Below are positions 12,040 to 22,052 of a DNA stretch of 64,000 bases, piece by piece. Source of the stretch: Nemertoderma westbladi. Lineage: Eukaryota > Animalia > Xenacoelomorpha. A program made the position numbers and the translations under genes. The notes under the pieces are model-generated. The model did not search any database and had not been told where the DNA came from. It was given only the letters and a program-made list of their open reading frames with translations. How positions within the stretch are numbered: position 1 is the stretch's first letter; each line of letters begins with the position of its first letter. The stretch covers positions 19,995 to 83,994 of the forward strand of contig JAUCBJ010004223.1 in NCBI GenBank assembly GCA_032718475.1, in the 5' to 3' direction.

Positions 12040-13917
12040 CAGGTATTCTAGGTCACTAATCAAGAATACAGGAGCTAATAAACCAACAGGTTGATGCCAT
12101 CAATGATGCTGACGACAGCAGGCAATCATCCCAGGCATGGAAATCGATCAATCTGCTTACTGGGCGGAAAAGCCAACCAATCACCAAGGTTAAGGCTGAA
12201 TCACCAGCCGATCGCCTCAATGGTTGGAAAGCCCACTTTGAAAAGCTCCTCAATAATGACAGGTTATTGCCTGATAACTTTATAGAAGTAAAAGTGTCTG
12301 AGTCTGTACTCCCAGATATTCCCATTGGCGATATCTCCTTTGCAGAAGTGAAGGCTGCTGCAAAGAGCATTAAGACCAATCGTGCCAGTGGAGTAGATGG
12401 TGTTCCCCCTGAGGTCTTTAAAATACCTGAGTGTTTAAAGCTCATCTATCCCATCATAGTAGACATGTACCGAACAACAAGAGTCGCACAAGAAATGAAA
12501 ACAAATAAGTTGGTGCCAGTTCCCAAGAAGGGCAACCTAACACTCTACGGTTCTTTTCGGGGAATCTCATTGATCTCGATTGCTGCAAAGCTATACAATA
12601 GGATTCTATTAAATCGCATCAGGGATCCCATTGAGAGACTGCTCCGTGGAAATCAGAATGGGTTCCGTAAAGGTCGTGGGACCATGGAGCCCATTTTGGC
12701 ACTTAGAAGGATAATTGAAGAGTTATCAAAAAAGAAAGACAGGCATCTGGCTGTTATCTTTGTTGACTTCTTCAAGGCCTTTGATTCAGTCTCTCGCTCA
12801 CGTATGTTCAGCATACTTTCATTATATGGGATTCCTGATGAAATTATTGCAGCAATCAGATCAGTATACGATGGTTCGACAACATTTGTGTCTACTGTTG
12901 ACGGTGACACAGAACCATTTGAAGTGTTATGGGGCGTCCTCCAAGGAGACACACTTGCACCATTCTTGTTCATTATTGTGGTTGACTATGTTCTACGCAT
13001 GTCCTTAGATCATCATAATGATGATGGGGTGATGATAACTCCACCTACTGGCTCCAGAAGTCGAGGAAATCCTGCCAAGTACCTAACTGATCTAGACTTT
13101 GCTGATGACTTAGGAGTACTCTCAGAATCACTAGAGGGAGCCCAACGGCTCCTCAGCTCATTAGAACATGCTGCTTCTAGTGTTGGTCTTTTTATTAACT
13201 CCAGAAAGACCAAAATTCTGACAGTTAACTTTGAAAGTCCTCAGCAAGTCTCTGATCGGATGAGCATAAGCTCAAAGGATGGTATGCTTGAGCATGTGGA
13301 CGACTTCTGTTACCTGGGATCATGGATCCGGAAGTCAGGTGAGGACCTTCGAATACGTAAGGGAAAGGCATGGGCAGCCTTGAATAGGCTTTCCATGATT
13401 TGGAAGTCACCGAGAATTAATCGGAAACTTAAGGTCCGATTATTTAGAGCAGCAGTAGTTCCAGTACTCCTCTACGGGAGTCCATGCCGGGCTCTAACTG
13501 CTGAGGACACCAAATCTCTGGATGGCACATTCACAAGAATGCTACGCCGGGTACATTGTGTCAAGTACAATGCACACATCTCCAACCAGACACTATATAA
13601 CATTGGAGGTGTCTCATTGGTTCCCCCAAGCTTGACACTAGAACAAAATCGCCTCGGCTTTGCAGGACATTGCTTTCGCCGTGAGGACCAGCCAGTGCAT
13701 AATCTTGTACTTTGGCAGCCTCATGGAGTGAATAAGCATGGTGGACAGCCCATGACTTTCTTGAGACGTATCTTAAAGGACACTGGCCTTAAAGATGCGG
13801 ATGATCTAGCAAATGTCATGGGTGATAGGGAGTTGTGGCGGTGCAATTTTGTTGACAAGCCGGCACAGCATTCTTAAAAATGCAGCTGCAATGCAGCATG
13901 CCGATCCTAGTAGTAGT
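12040..13917 (+). mobile_element. 5'-truncated RTE/RTE-X clade non-LTR retrotransposon, antisense in Arp2 intron 2
   Basis: Open RT ORF followed by very short 3' UTR and (TAG)n tail ctagtagtagt; 5' boundary approximate. Confidence 0.85.
12267..13877 (+). CDS. Reverse transcriptase (RTE-type LINE ORF2, N-terminally truncated)
   Basis: PKKG, FRGISL, QNGFRKGR, FVDFFKAFDSV, GVLQGDTLAPFLF, DFADD, YLGS motifs. Confidence 0.9.
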   Translation: MPDNFIEVKVSESVLPDIPIGDISFAEVKAAAKSIKTNRASGVDGVPPEVFKIPECLKLIYPIIVDMYRTTRVAQEMKTNKLVPVPKKGNLTLYGSFRGISLISIAAKLYNRILLNRIRDPIERLLRGNQNGFRKGRGTMEPILALRRIIEELSKKKDRHLAVIFVDFFKAFDSVSRSRMFSILSLYGIPDEIIAAIRSVYDGSTTFVSTVDGDTEPFEVLWGVLQGDTLAPFLFIIVVDYVLRMSLDHHNDDGVMITPPTGSRSRGNPAKYLTDLDFADDLGVLSESLEGAQRLLSSLEHAASSVGLFINSRKTKILTVNFESPQQVSDRMSISSKDGMLEHVDDFCYLGSWIRKSGEDLRIRKGKAWAALNRLSMIWKSPRINRKLKVRLFRAAVVPVLLYGSPCRALTAEDTKSLDGTFTRMLRRVHCVKYNAHISNQTLYNIGGVSLVPPSLTLEQNRLGFAGHCFRREDQPVHNLVLWQPHGVNKHGGQPMTFLRRILKDTGLKDADDLANVMGDRELWRCNFVDKPAQHS

Positions 13918-13971
13918 TGTCTGTTCGAGAACGGAACATACCGATATAATACCTGATGCAAATTAATCTGT

Positions 13972-14083
13972 ATAACTACCCTACCTACAATAGTCCTAAC
14001 TATACCCTACCCTACCTACAATAGTCCTAACTATACCCTACCCTACCTACAATAGTCCTAACTATACCCTCAACCCTACCTAC
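13972..14083. repeat. ~31-bp short tandem repeat (3-4 copies) near exon 2 donor
   Basis: (ctataccctaccctacctacaatagtcctaa)n. Confidence 0.8.
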
Positions 14084-14109
14084 GACCCCCCTTTAGCTAT
14101 TTAACCTAC

Positions 14110-14255
14110 CTAACTTCACTGGCTTCGTCTCCAATCATAATGTCTTTAACTTCAATTCCACCGACTTTAGAAGTTGATCTAATAATTGGCCGACCCACAA
14201 TCGACGGGAAAATATATTCTGGAAAATTACTTCCGGCAAATCCACATTTTACGAA
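14110..14255 (-). CDS. ACTR2: Actin-related protein 2, coding exon 2
   Basis: [48 protein letters not shown](R); tttag acceptor, GTAGGT donor; 146 nt, phase 0/2 matches exon 3. Confidence 0.95.
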
Positions 14256-14265
14256 CTAAAGAAGA

Positions 14266-14432
14266 ACAATATTTATATATTTGATTATAATTATTTATTA
14301 TATCAATATTTATATATTGATTAGTATTATTTATTATATCAATATTAATATATTGATTAGTATTATTTATTATATCAATATTTATATTTGATTATAATTA
14401 TTTATTATATCAATATTAATATATTGATTATG
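14266..14432. repeat. AT-rich ~36-bp tandem repeat next to exon 2 acceptor
   Basis: (attgattataattatttattatatcaatatttatat)-like, ~4.5 copies. Confidence 0.75.
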
Positions 14433-15481
14433 ATTAGCACTTGAACTGGTAGAAACACAAATTTGTGTTTTCAGAATACAATGTTGACTTGGTCATGTAT
14501 ATATTTCGTTGTTACTTGGTGAGATGTTTTTTATGAGTTTTATACCACACCTCAGCGTTTTTCTTTGGATATTATAATTATTTAAATGTTCATGTACAAA
14601 AATTTTTCTATTAAAATAAGGAGAAAATTGTTTTTTTTATAAGAAATAAGAACTATAAATAAATAATTAACAATAAATGAAAATAGTAAATAAATAATAA
14701 TAAATTAAAATAATAAATAATAATAATAAATTAATAATAATAAATTAAAATAATAAATAAATAATAATAAATTAAAATAATAAATTCATTAATAAATAAG
14801 TTAGCGATAAAAAAATTACGACCACAGGCGACAACGACGAGGGCAACAGACAACTCGTTAATGAATGGCACCTATATGCTAAGGCTTCGCTCACTTCGTG
14901 GCTCGCCCCAATGAGTAAGTAGAATACTGGAGAGTAGAATATACCGGTATTTCCATTCGTTTGGTCAGTCTCTCAGTTGGTAGGGTAGGCCACCTTGGCC
15001 TAGGCCTAACGGCAGGTGTTCAATAGGCCAGGTTACATCTATACTGTATTATATTATAGGCTAATATTACAAAAATAAAAATACCTTTTACTGGGTTATG
15101 AACAGATAAAATAGGTAGGCCTAATAGATATGCATGACAAACTGAAAGTATTTAACACAACTGCACAAGGCAGCAATGCACAAAATCTAATTAGTTAAAA
15201 TTACAAATTGACTTTTACAAAGTAGAAGTACGTAAGTTAAAAGCTCGGTAACACAAACAGTAGGCTAACACACTTAGGGTTAAATTACTGCTTTAATTAT
15301 GGTTTGTGCCTGACCAAAAAACCCTAACCTAAAAAACACCCCAGTCAGCACCTAAAAAACATTAAGTACCGGTAACCCAAGACAGCCAAGTAAAATAAAG
15401 CTGAATGCTTTCCATATAAAAAGTGGCGCCTGTAGTCTGATAGTCAAAATGTATGTCAGTGTCAACTAAAATTGTCTGCAT

Positions 15482-17790
15482 TAATTTATTGTCGTTATTT
15501 ATTGATGGTGTATATAGGCCTATATGTGTGTATATTAGCCTCGAGGAATGTCCCCTGAGGTAAAGACCTCGTCTCCGAGGGGGGTCCTCGTTAAAAAGTA
15601 TTTAAAAATAAAATTGAACTGTCATCTAAATACAGAAATAGTTACTACAGGTGATGATCTTAACACTCATGATCTTAACACGACACTGGTTGCCGATGTG
15701 ACCTTTGTGGACAACTTATTCCAAAGACGGGGACCTAGTGCTAGTGATGAAAACGAAGTTTGCCAGAGTTTTGTGTGTCGGTGGGGAATTGTTGGAAAGA
15801 AAAAGAGGAGAAGACCACCCAGGCAATATAGCACTTACGGGGGCCCGAAAATTGAAATTATCGGTCAAAGTGACAAAAATCTTGAAAATCAATATCCATT
15901 AATCGAACTGAAAAAATATTTGGGGTTGGCGAATCTACTAGAGATTGAGGTAATGAGTTCCATACAGGCACCACCCTATTAGAAAAAAAGTATTTTGAGA
16001 TTAAAAGACGTGAATGGGAAACAAGTAATTTGTGAGAATGACCCCTAAGCCCAGGTCTACCTGTATAAGAAAAATATTCATCAAAACACAAATCAACTAA
16101 ATTTCTCTCAATTTTATACACCATCTTTAAATCAAAAATTATGCGCCTAACTTCCAATGGTTTTAACTTAAGAAACTGCAGTCGATCTACGTAGGTCATA
16201 TATGGTAGTTTGCAACGGGCAAACAATCTGCGGGTGAAGTACTTTTGGACACGTTCGACCAAATCAATTGTACATTTATGATGAGGAGACCAAATGTAAG
16301 TACAATATTCCACTAAAGGACGAATATATGCTTTGTAAGCCGTAATAAGGGCAGATCGATTTGCAGTACGGAAGCACCGAAATATCATATTGGTTATTTT
16401 ATTTGCTTTGGCGGCTTGCTCCCTACAGTACACATTAAATTTCAAGTCAGGGCACATAATCATTCCTAGATCCTTGCCATCCATGCATTCCAATTTTAAA
16501 CCACTTAAAAAGTAAGGGTTTTCAGGGTTATTTAGTCCTAAGTAAAGCACTTGACACTTATGACTAGCTACGTTAAGTTGCCATGTATTAGACCAGGACG
16601 ACAAAGCACCCAAAGAATCACATAAATTAATATAATTAGAAGACGGTGCATAAATCTTTACATCATCAGCGTATAATTTACAGCACACACCATTAATTCC
16701 AATTAAATCAGGTAAGTCGTTTATAAAAATCACGAATAAAATGGGGCCGATAACACTTCCTTGCGGAGTACCTGATTGGACACTCCGGGAAACGGAAAAT
16801 TCATTACCTACTAGCACTTGTTGGCTCCGATTTGATAGAAAAGCTGCAATCCAAGCCAGAAGGTTACCACATATGCCGTATCCGGCAAGTTTACACAATA
16901 ACTTACTATGCACTACTCGATCAAAAGCCTTAGAGAAGTCTATGTACAAAATGTCAATAGAACATTTCTTTTCAGCTAAATTGACCCAATCGTTAATGCA
17001 TTCCAATAACTGAGTACCAGTAGATCGGCGCTTTAAAAAACCATGCTGATGTGTAGTAATTAACTTATGGGCAAAAAGGTAATCAATTAGTTCAGTTTTT
17101 ATACAGGATTCCATTATCTTACATGCTACACAAGTTAATGAAACCGGGCGGTAGTTGTACGGGTCTGAGGCATTGCCTTTCTTAAAAATCGGAATAATGT
17201 TAGCAGTTAACCAAATAGAAGGCAGAGCGTGTGTTATAAACGAGACTTGAAAAATAATAGATAAAGGAAGTGCCAATTGACGAGCTAATTTATAAAATAT
17301 AATGCTAGGAAAATTATCTGGAGTGTTGCTACGTTTAGGGGTAAGACCTCTCAGCGACGCAAATACCTTATCTACACTGAAATTTATTTCTGACTTCGAC
17401 ACATTTGAAGGGACTCTTCGTTCAAAAACCGGCACTTCCCCATTATCATTAACATAGTTCTCGGAAAGCACTTTCGAAAATATCTGTGCCTTTGTAATAT
17501 CATCAACTACTGTAGCACCATTAAATTTAAGTGGGGCAATACCTGATTTATTATTACGCTTTGAATTCACATATTTAAAAATGGCCTCAGGGTTATTTGA
17601 TGAAAGAATATGGTTTTCACGTATGCAAGCATTTCGCAAAATAGCCCGGGATACTTCTTTTGTGCACCTGTTGTATTCAGTGAAACCTAGCGGGGTGTGT
17701 CTCCGCCGCCAAAGAAGTTTCTTTTTTTGCTGTAGTTTCCTAATATGTTCAGGATGCGCCTTCCTATTGCCTTTCTTTCTGTTGCTTTTG
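15482..17790 (-). mobile_element. 5'-truncated CR1-group non-LTR retrotransposon in Arp2 intron 1, sense to Arp2
   Basis: RT ORF plus ~370-bp 3' UTR with stem-loop (15540-15590) and AATAAA-rich end; boundaries approximate. Confidence 0.85.
15858..17639 (-). CDS. Reverse transcriptase (CR1-type LINE ORF2, truncated)
   Basis: NYRPVSLTCVACKIME, QHGF, IDFSKAFD, GTPQGSVIGPILF, YADD, C-terminal FFSNRVVPVWNSLP. Confidence 0.92.
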   Translation of the reverse strand: MRNACIRENHILSSNNPEAIFKYVNSKRNNKSGIAPLKFNGATVVDDITKAQIFSKVLSENYVNDNGEVPVFERRVPSNVSKSEINFSVDKVFASLRGLTPKRSNTPDNFPSIIFYKLARQLALPLSIIFQVSFITHALPSIWLTANIIPIFKKGNASDPYNYRPVSLTCVACKIMESCIKTELIDYLFAHKLITTHQHGFLKRRSTGTQLLECINDWVNLAEKKCSIDILYIDFSKAFDRVVHSKLLCKLAGYGICGNLLAWIAAFLSNRSQQVLVGNEFSVSRSVQSGTPQGSVIGPILFVIFINDLPDLIGINGVCCKLYADDVKIYAPSSNYINLCDSLGALSSWSNTWQLNVASHKCQVLYLGLNNPENPYFLSGLKLECMDGKDLGMIMCPDLKFNVYCREQAAKANKITNMIFRCFRTANRSALITAYKAYIRPLVEYCTYIWSPHHKCTIDLVERVQKYFTRRLFARCKLPYMTYVDRLQFLKLKPLEVRRIIFDLKMVYKIERNLVDLCFDEYFSYTGRPGLRGHSHKLLVSHSRLLISKYFFSNRVVPVWNSLPQSLVDSPTPNIFSVRLMDIDFQDFCHFDR

Positions 17791-17792
17791 AT

Positions 17793-18210
17793 TTAGTCGA
17801 GTGTCGTTTCGCAATATTCAATGAGGTCTGTCAGATAGTCAGGTGAAGTTCCACGATATATCTTGTACATGCTGGTCACGATACCTTGGTGAACCCTTTC
17901 ACGGATTGGGAGCCAGTTTATGTTAGAGTAGTGTGAATAATCAATGTGCACTCGATCGCCCAGAAAAATACAGAAGCGAATGCACTTCCGCTGAAGCACA
18001 TCTATCTTCTTCCGCCATCTAGCCGTTGTTCCAAAGTGCATAGTCTATATAAGGTTGTATGAGGGGATTACATAGCATTCGCCGCTGTCCCGATTTTAGT
18101 ACATTAGCATGACGATATAAAAAAACGTATCCTCTGGTTACCTTTCAGCCTTTCATTGCTACACTTTCGGCCATTTCTTTACAAGACAATGTTTGGTCCA
18201 GCTGGCAAAA
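17793..18210 (-). pseudogene. Degenerate L2/Crack-like LINE ORF2 C-terminal fragment
   Basis: LQRKCIRF...NWLPIRERV...MYKIYRGTSPDYL resembles L2-group ORF2 tail; frame broken upstream. Confidence 0.6.
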
Positions 18211-18447
18211 TACTGACATAGGTAAAGGACTGATGAAGAGACTGGTATTACAGTATTAATCTGTTAATTTCCCATTACGGTGGACCCGGTAGGCGGTAGC
18301 TGGGTAGGCCTACATGTAGGGGGTAGGCCTAAACTTTAATTTTATCATTTAGTCCTAACCTAAATAGGCCCTACAAAACCAGAAAACTGCACAAGAAATC
18401 TAGAAATATATGAATGTGATTACTGGATTACTGGATTATGAACTTAC

Positions 18448-18495
18448 CCCGGTTCCGTTGTCACAAACAATTACTTTTTTCCCGCTACTATCCAT
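18448..18495 (-). CDS. ACTR2: Actin-related protein 2, coding exon 1 (start codon)
   Basis: ATG GAT AGT AGC GGG AAA AAA GTA ATT GTT TGT GAC AAC GGA ACC GGG|GTAAGT = MDSSGKKVIVCDNGTG, 48 nt. Confidence 0.95.
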
Positions 18496-19258
18496 GACTG
18501 TTTATCGGTAGATCCAGAGATCAGTAGTTGGAGTTGGCAGTTGGTAGACTGGCTGTCAGGGCCTGGGGTTATACGTACAAATTCACTTTACAATCTCCTG
18601 ATCTCGTCAATTTTATGTAATAATTAGGCCACCGACAGACCGGTTAGTCAGGTAGTAGGCTCGTAGTACCGGTATATAGTACTAGAGGTCTATTCTGTCT
18701 GTCTCGTCTGTCTGTATTGCTGTCAGCTGTACCTACCTGTCAGGGTCAGCCTGTAGCCTACTGTCTGACTGTATACTGACAGACTGATGTACCTGCCTAT
18801 TCCAGTATTCTGCTAGTCACCTTTCAGCCTTTAGCTGTTTCCGATTGAGGCGATGAGGCGTAGATGCGTATATCAGTCAGTCAGCATGTAGTACGTAGTA
18901 CCTACTGCATGAATGATGTATTGCAGTGCAGTAGGCTGGTAGGCCTGCCCTACTACCATACTGCCATAGGCAGATAGGCCTAGCAATGCCTAGTGTAGTA
19001 GGCCTATAATACTATCCTACTGTCTGACTGTCAGACTGTAATATCAGAATATACAGACTGACAGATATAATATACAGACAAATATCAGAATATAGGCCTC
19101 TAAACTAAAACTGACCGTCAGACCGTTGTGTTGTTCTGTAGCTGTGTAGTGAATGAATTCAAAATCACAAGAAGAAGGAAGTGATTGTCTGATTGGTGTA
19201 CAGGCTACCAGTACAGTACAGCCAGACCCAGGTTGGAATTTATGTAGAGTTTGCTCAA

Positions 19259-20165
19259 CATGTGTGGCGCGGATTAAGGATCCTGGCGCGTAGTGACAGG
19301 GGCGTGTGGCGCGGATTAAGGATCCTGGCGCGTAGTGACAGGGGCGTGTGGCGCGCATTGAGGATTCTGGCGGTCCTGGCGCGAATATGGATGTAGGGTT
19401 AGGTTAGGACAGTAGGAGGTAGCGTCGCAGTGCACTGGCAACACATCCCACTCTACAGTTCTATTTGAAATTATTCCATAGGTTTAAAAAGATTGAAAAA
19501 TGTCCGCTCGCTTCGCTCGCGTTTATACTGTCAGACTGTAAGCCTACTCTTAGCACTGTCTAGCTGTGGACAAATGGAAACGACAGATTGAGCATGACCA
19601 TTAAAAATATGACTTGTTTCAAAAGTTTTTCAATTGTCAGATTCTTCAAACCAATAAAATCATGACAGCCTGCATGATTCAGCAGAATTTCCGTGCTCGC
19701 TACACTCAGACACTCGCCAGCTCGGAATTTAATGACATCTGCATTTCTGCATTTGAAAACAGCCGGTTTGCCTACTTTAAATGCTGAAATGTTAAAATTT
19801 TCGTGCTCGCTACGCTCGCATCTTGATCACGTCTGCATTTAAAAACAGTCAGTTGACTACTACTACTACCTGACTACCACGACTACTAGTAACTACAACT
19901 ACAGCACTGTCTGACTATTACTGTCAGACTGTATTTATGTTAACATAATTCAGTAATTGGAAAATTTCCTTGCTCGCTACGCTCGCATTTTATTGTTAAA
20001 ATACTGTAGGGCTACAGCATTATAAACTGATAAATTATTACAATTAAGCAATTCAGCAATTACTGCAAAATTTCATAGTCAATTGTTGGCTTGGCGCGCA
20101 TTAGATATCATGGCTGGCGCGATTTTCGTTTAACCAGAACGCGTGTGGCGCGCTTTTTGTCAGTA
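19259..20165. mobile_element. Probable degenerate MITE-like element with TGGCGCG repeats
   Basis: 43-bp duplication at 19262-19352, tggcgcg clusters at both ends, internal gctcgctacgctcgc motifs; TIR/TSD not resolved. Confidence 0.35.
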
Positions 20166-20315
20166 TTCCATATAGGAGCCAGACCAGCAGACAGCAGTAC
20201 AGCACTTTTATACAGATAAATCCCAAAGTCAGTCAGACAATCGATGATACAAGATGATACAAACCATGTCCTGTAGCCTGTAGGCTGTTGATACATGGCA
20301 GTGAAACAACTAGGA

Positions 20316-20940
20316 GGCATTAGAACATCGTAATTTCAAGCAGTCTCTGTCTCTGATTGGACGGGGCACGGGGGCGTTAGAACATCGTAATTTCAAGCAG
20401 TATCTGTCTCTGATTGGACGGGGGCGTTAGAACATCGTAATTTCAAGCAGTCTCTGATTGGACGGGGCGTTAGAACATCGTAATTTCAAGCAGTCTCTGT
20501 CTCTGATTGGACGGGGGCGTTAGAACATAGTAATTTCAAGCAGTCTCTGATTGGACGGGGCGTTAGAACATCGTAATTTCAAGCAGTCTCTGTCTCTGAT
20601 TGGACGGGGGCGTTAGAACATCGTAATTTCAAGCAGTCTCTGTCTCTGATTGGACGGGGGCGTTAGAACATAGTAATTTCAAGCAGTCTCTGATTGGACG
20701 GGGCGTTAGAACATCGTAATTTCAAGCAGTCTCTGTCTCTGATTGGACGGGGGCGTTAGAACATCGTAATTTCAAGCAGTCTCTGTCTCTGATTGGACGG
20801 GGGCGTTAGAACATAGTAATTTCAAGCAGTCTCTGATTGGACGGGGCGTTAGAACATCGTAATTTCAAGCAGTCTCTGTCTCTGATTGGACGGGGCGTTA
20901 GAACATCGTAATTTCAAGCAGTCTGTGTCTCTGACTGGAC
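20316..20940. repeat. ~43-50-bp tandem repeat (~13 copies), nearly all with CCAATCAG and a GC-rich box
   Basis: (ggcgttagaacatcgtaatttcaagcagtctctgtctctgattggacggg)n with two length variants. Confidence 0.92.
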
Positions 20941-21085
20941 GATTAAAATATTTGAATATTAAACCAATAATAAAGCGCTTGAAGTAGGTGGTTCTAATGA
21001 CAATAAAAAAGGCATTAGAGATTTCTAATTAATATTAAAGGCGTTAGAGATTTCTAATTAATAATAAAGGCATTAGAGATTTGTA

Positions 21086-22052
21086 TAGATAGATTTATTT
21101 ATACATTATGTAAAAACAATAACAAATACACCAAACAATGTACCGGTATAAAGGTATTGTCCAACATAACATATAGGATTACCCCTAAAGCTTTGCAGCT
21201 TATTTCCAAGGGGGTCCTTTATGTTACTTGGTTACAAATACAATATTACACTACCTAACCTAAAACCAATATAAAACGTAATTACACTATGTACATGTAC
21301 AACTTTACCGAGAGCGTGACAATGCCCGACTCAACGATAAAGATGTAATGTACAGAACAATTTATTATAAAACGTAATTACAGTATAAATAGTAAATAAT
21401 TAATAAACTAATAACTTACTGTAGGACTATTGTACCTATTTTTACATTGCACACGGAGATGAGATTTAACTGCAGATTTAAAAGAATGTTGATTATCTAG
21501 GTTTTTAATTTCATTAGGCAGAGCGTTCCAATTTTTAATGCCGTTAAAAAAGAAAGTATAAGATTCAAAGGATTTACAATTCGGGAGGTAGAAGTTTGAA
21601 GCACTAGCTCTGGTACTGTAAGAGTGTATATCGCGTACTCTGTTGAATTTTTGTTTTAGGTAATTGGGACATTTACCATTATACACTTTATGCACATGGT
21701 TAAGGCGTAGCTGCTTAACTCTACTATCTAAGTTAAGTAGTCCAGATTCAGAAAAGTCATCTGGAGTTAGGTGGTGCCTAGGTTTGTAGTCTTTAATAAA
21801 TCGTACTACTTTATTCTGAGCTACTTGTAATTTACATTTAAGCTGTTTGGTTAAGCCTTCATACCTAGAAGAGCACGCATAGTCCATGTGACACTGTATT
21901 AAAGAAGAGCAAAGTAACTTGCGGGAGTCGGTGTTCAAACTATTTTTATTTCTGTATAGAAACCTAAGCCTACTGTTAACTTTCGAGAAAATATTTTTCA
22001 CTGTACTTTCTCCTGATAAGCAGTTATCCAATGTGGCGCCTAAATATTTAAT
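21086..22052 (-). mobile_element. 5'-truncated L2/Crack-like LINE inserted in satellite
   Basis: ORF 21408-22031 (SSLIQCHMDY, LQVAQNKVVRFI, FFFNGIKNWNALP), 3' stem-loop, (TCTA)n tail, 7-bp TSD atttgta at 21079-21085 and 22053-22059. Confidence 0.88.

Noticed and set aside
18231-18260. Second hammerhead at ctgatga
   Set aside because: No stem II, GAAA or pairing stems follow; the same applies to ctgatga at ~12836 and ~52065
2627-18495. Conventional actin or processed pseudogene
   Set aside because: Arp2-specific residues ([27 protein letters not shown]) and intact, phase-consistent splice sites
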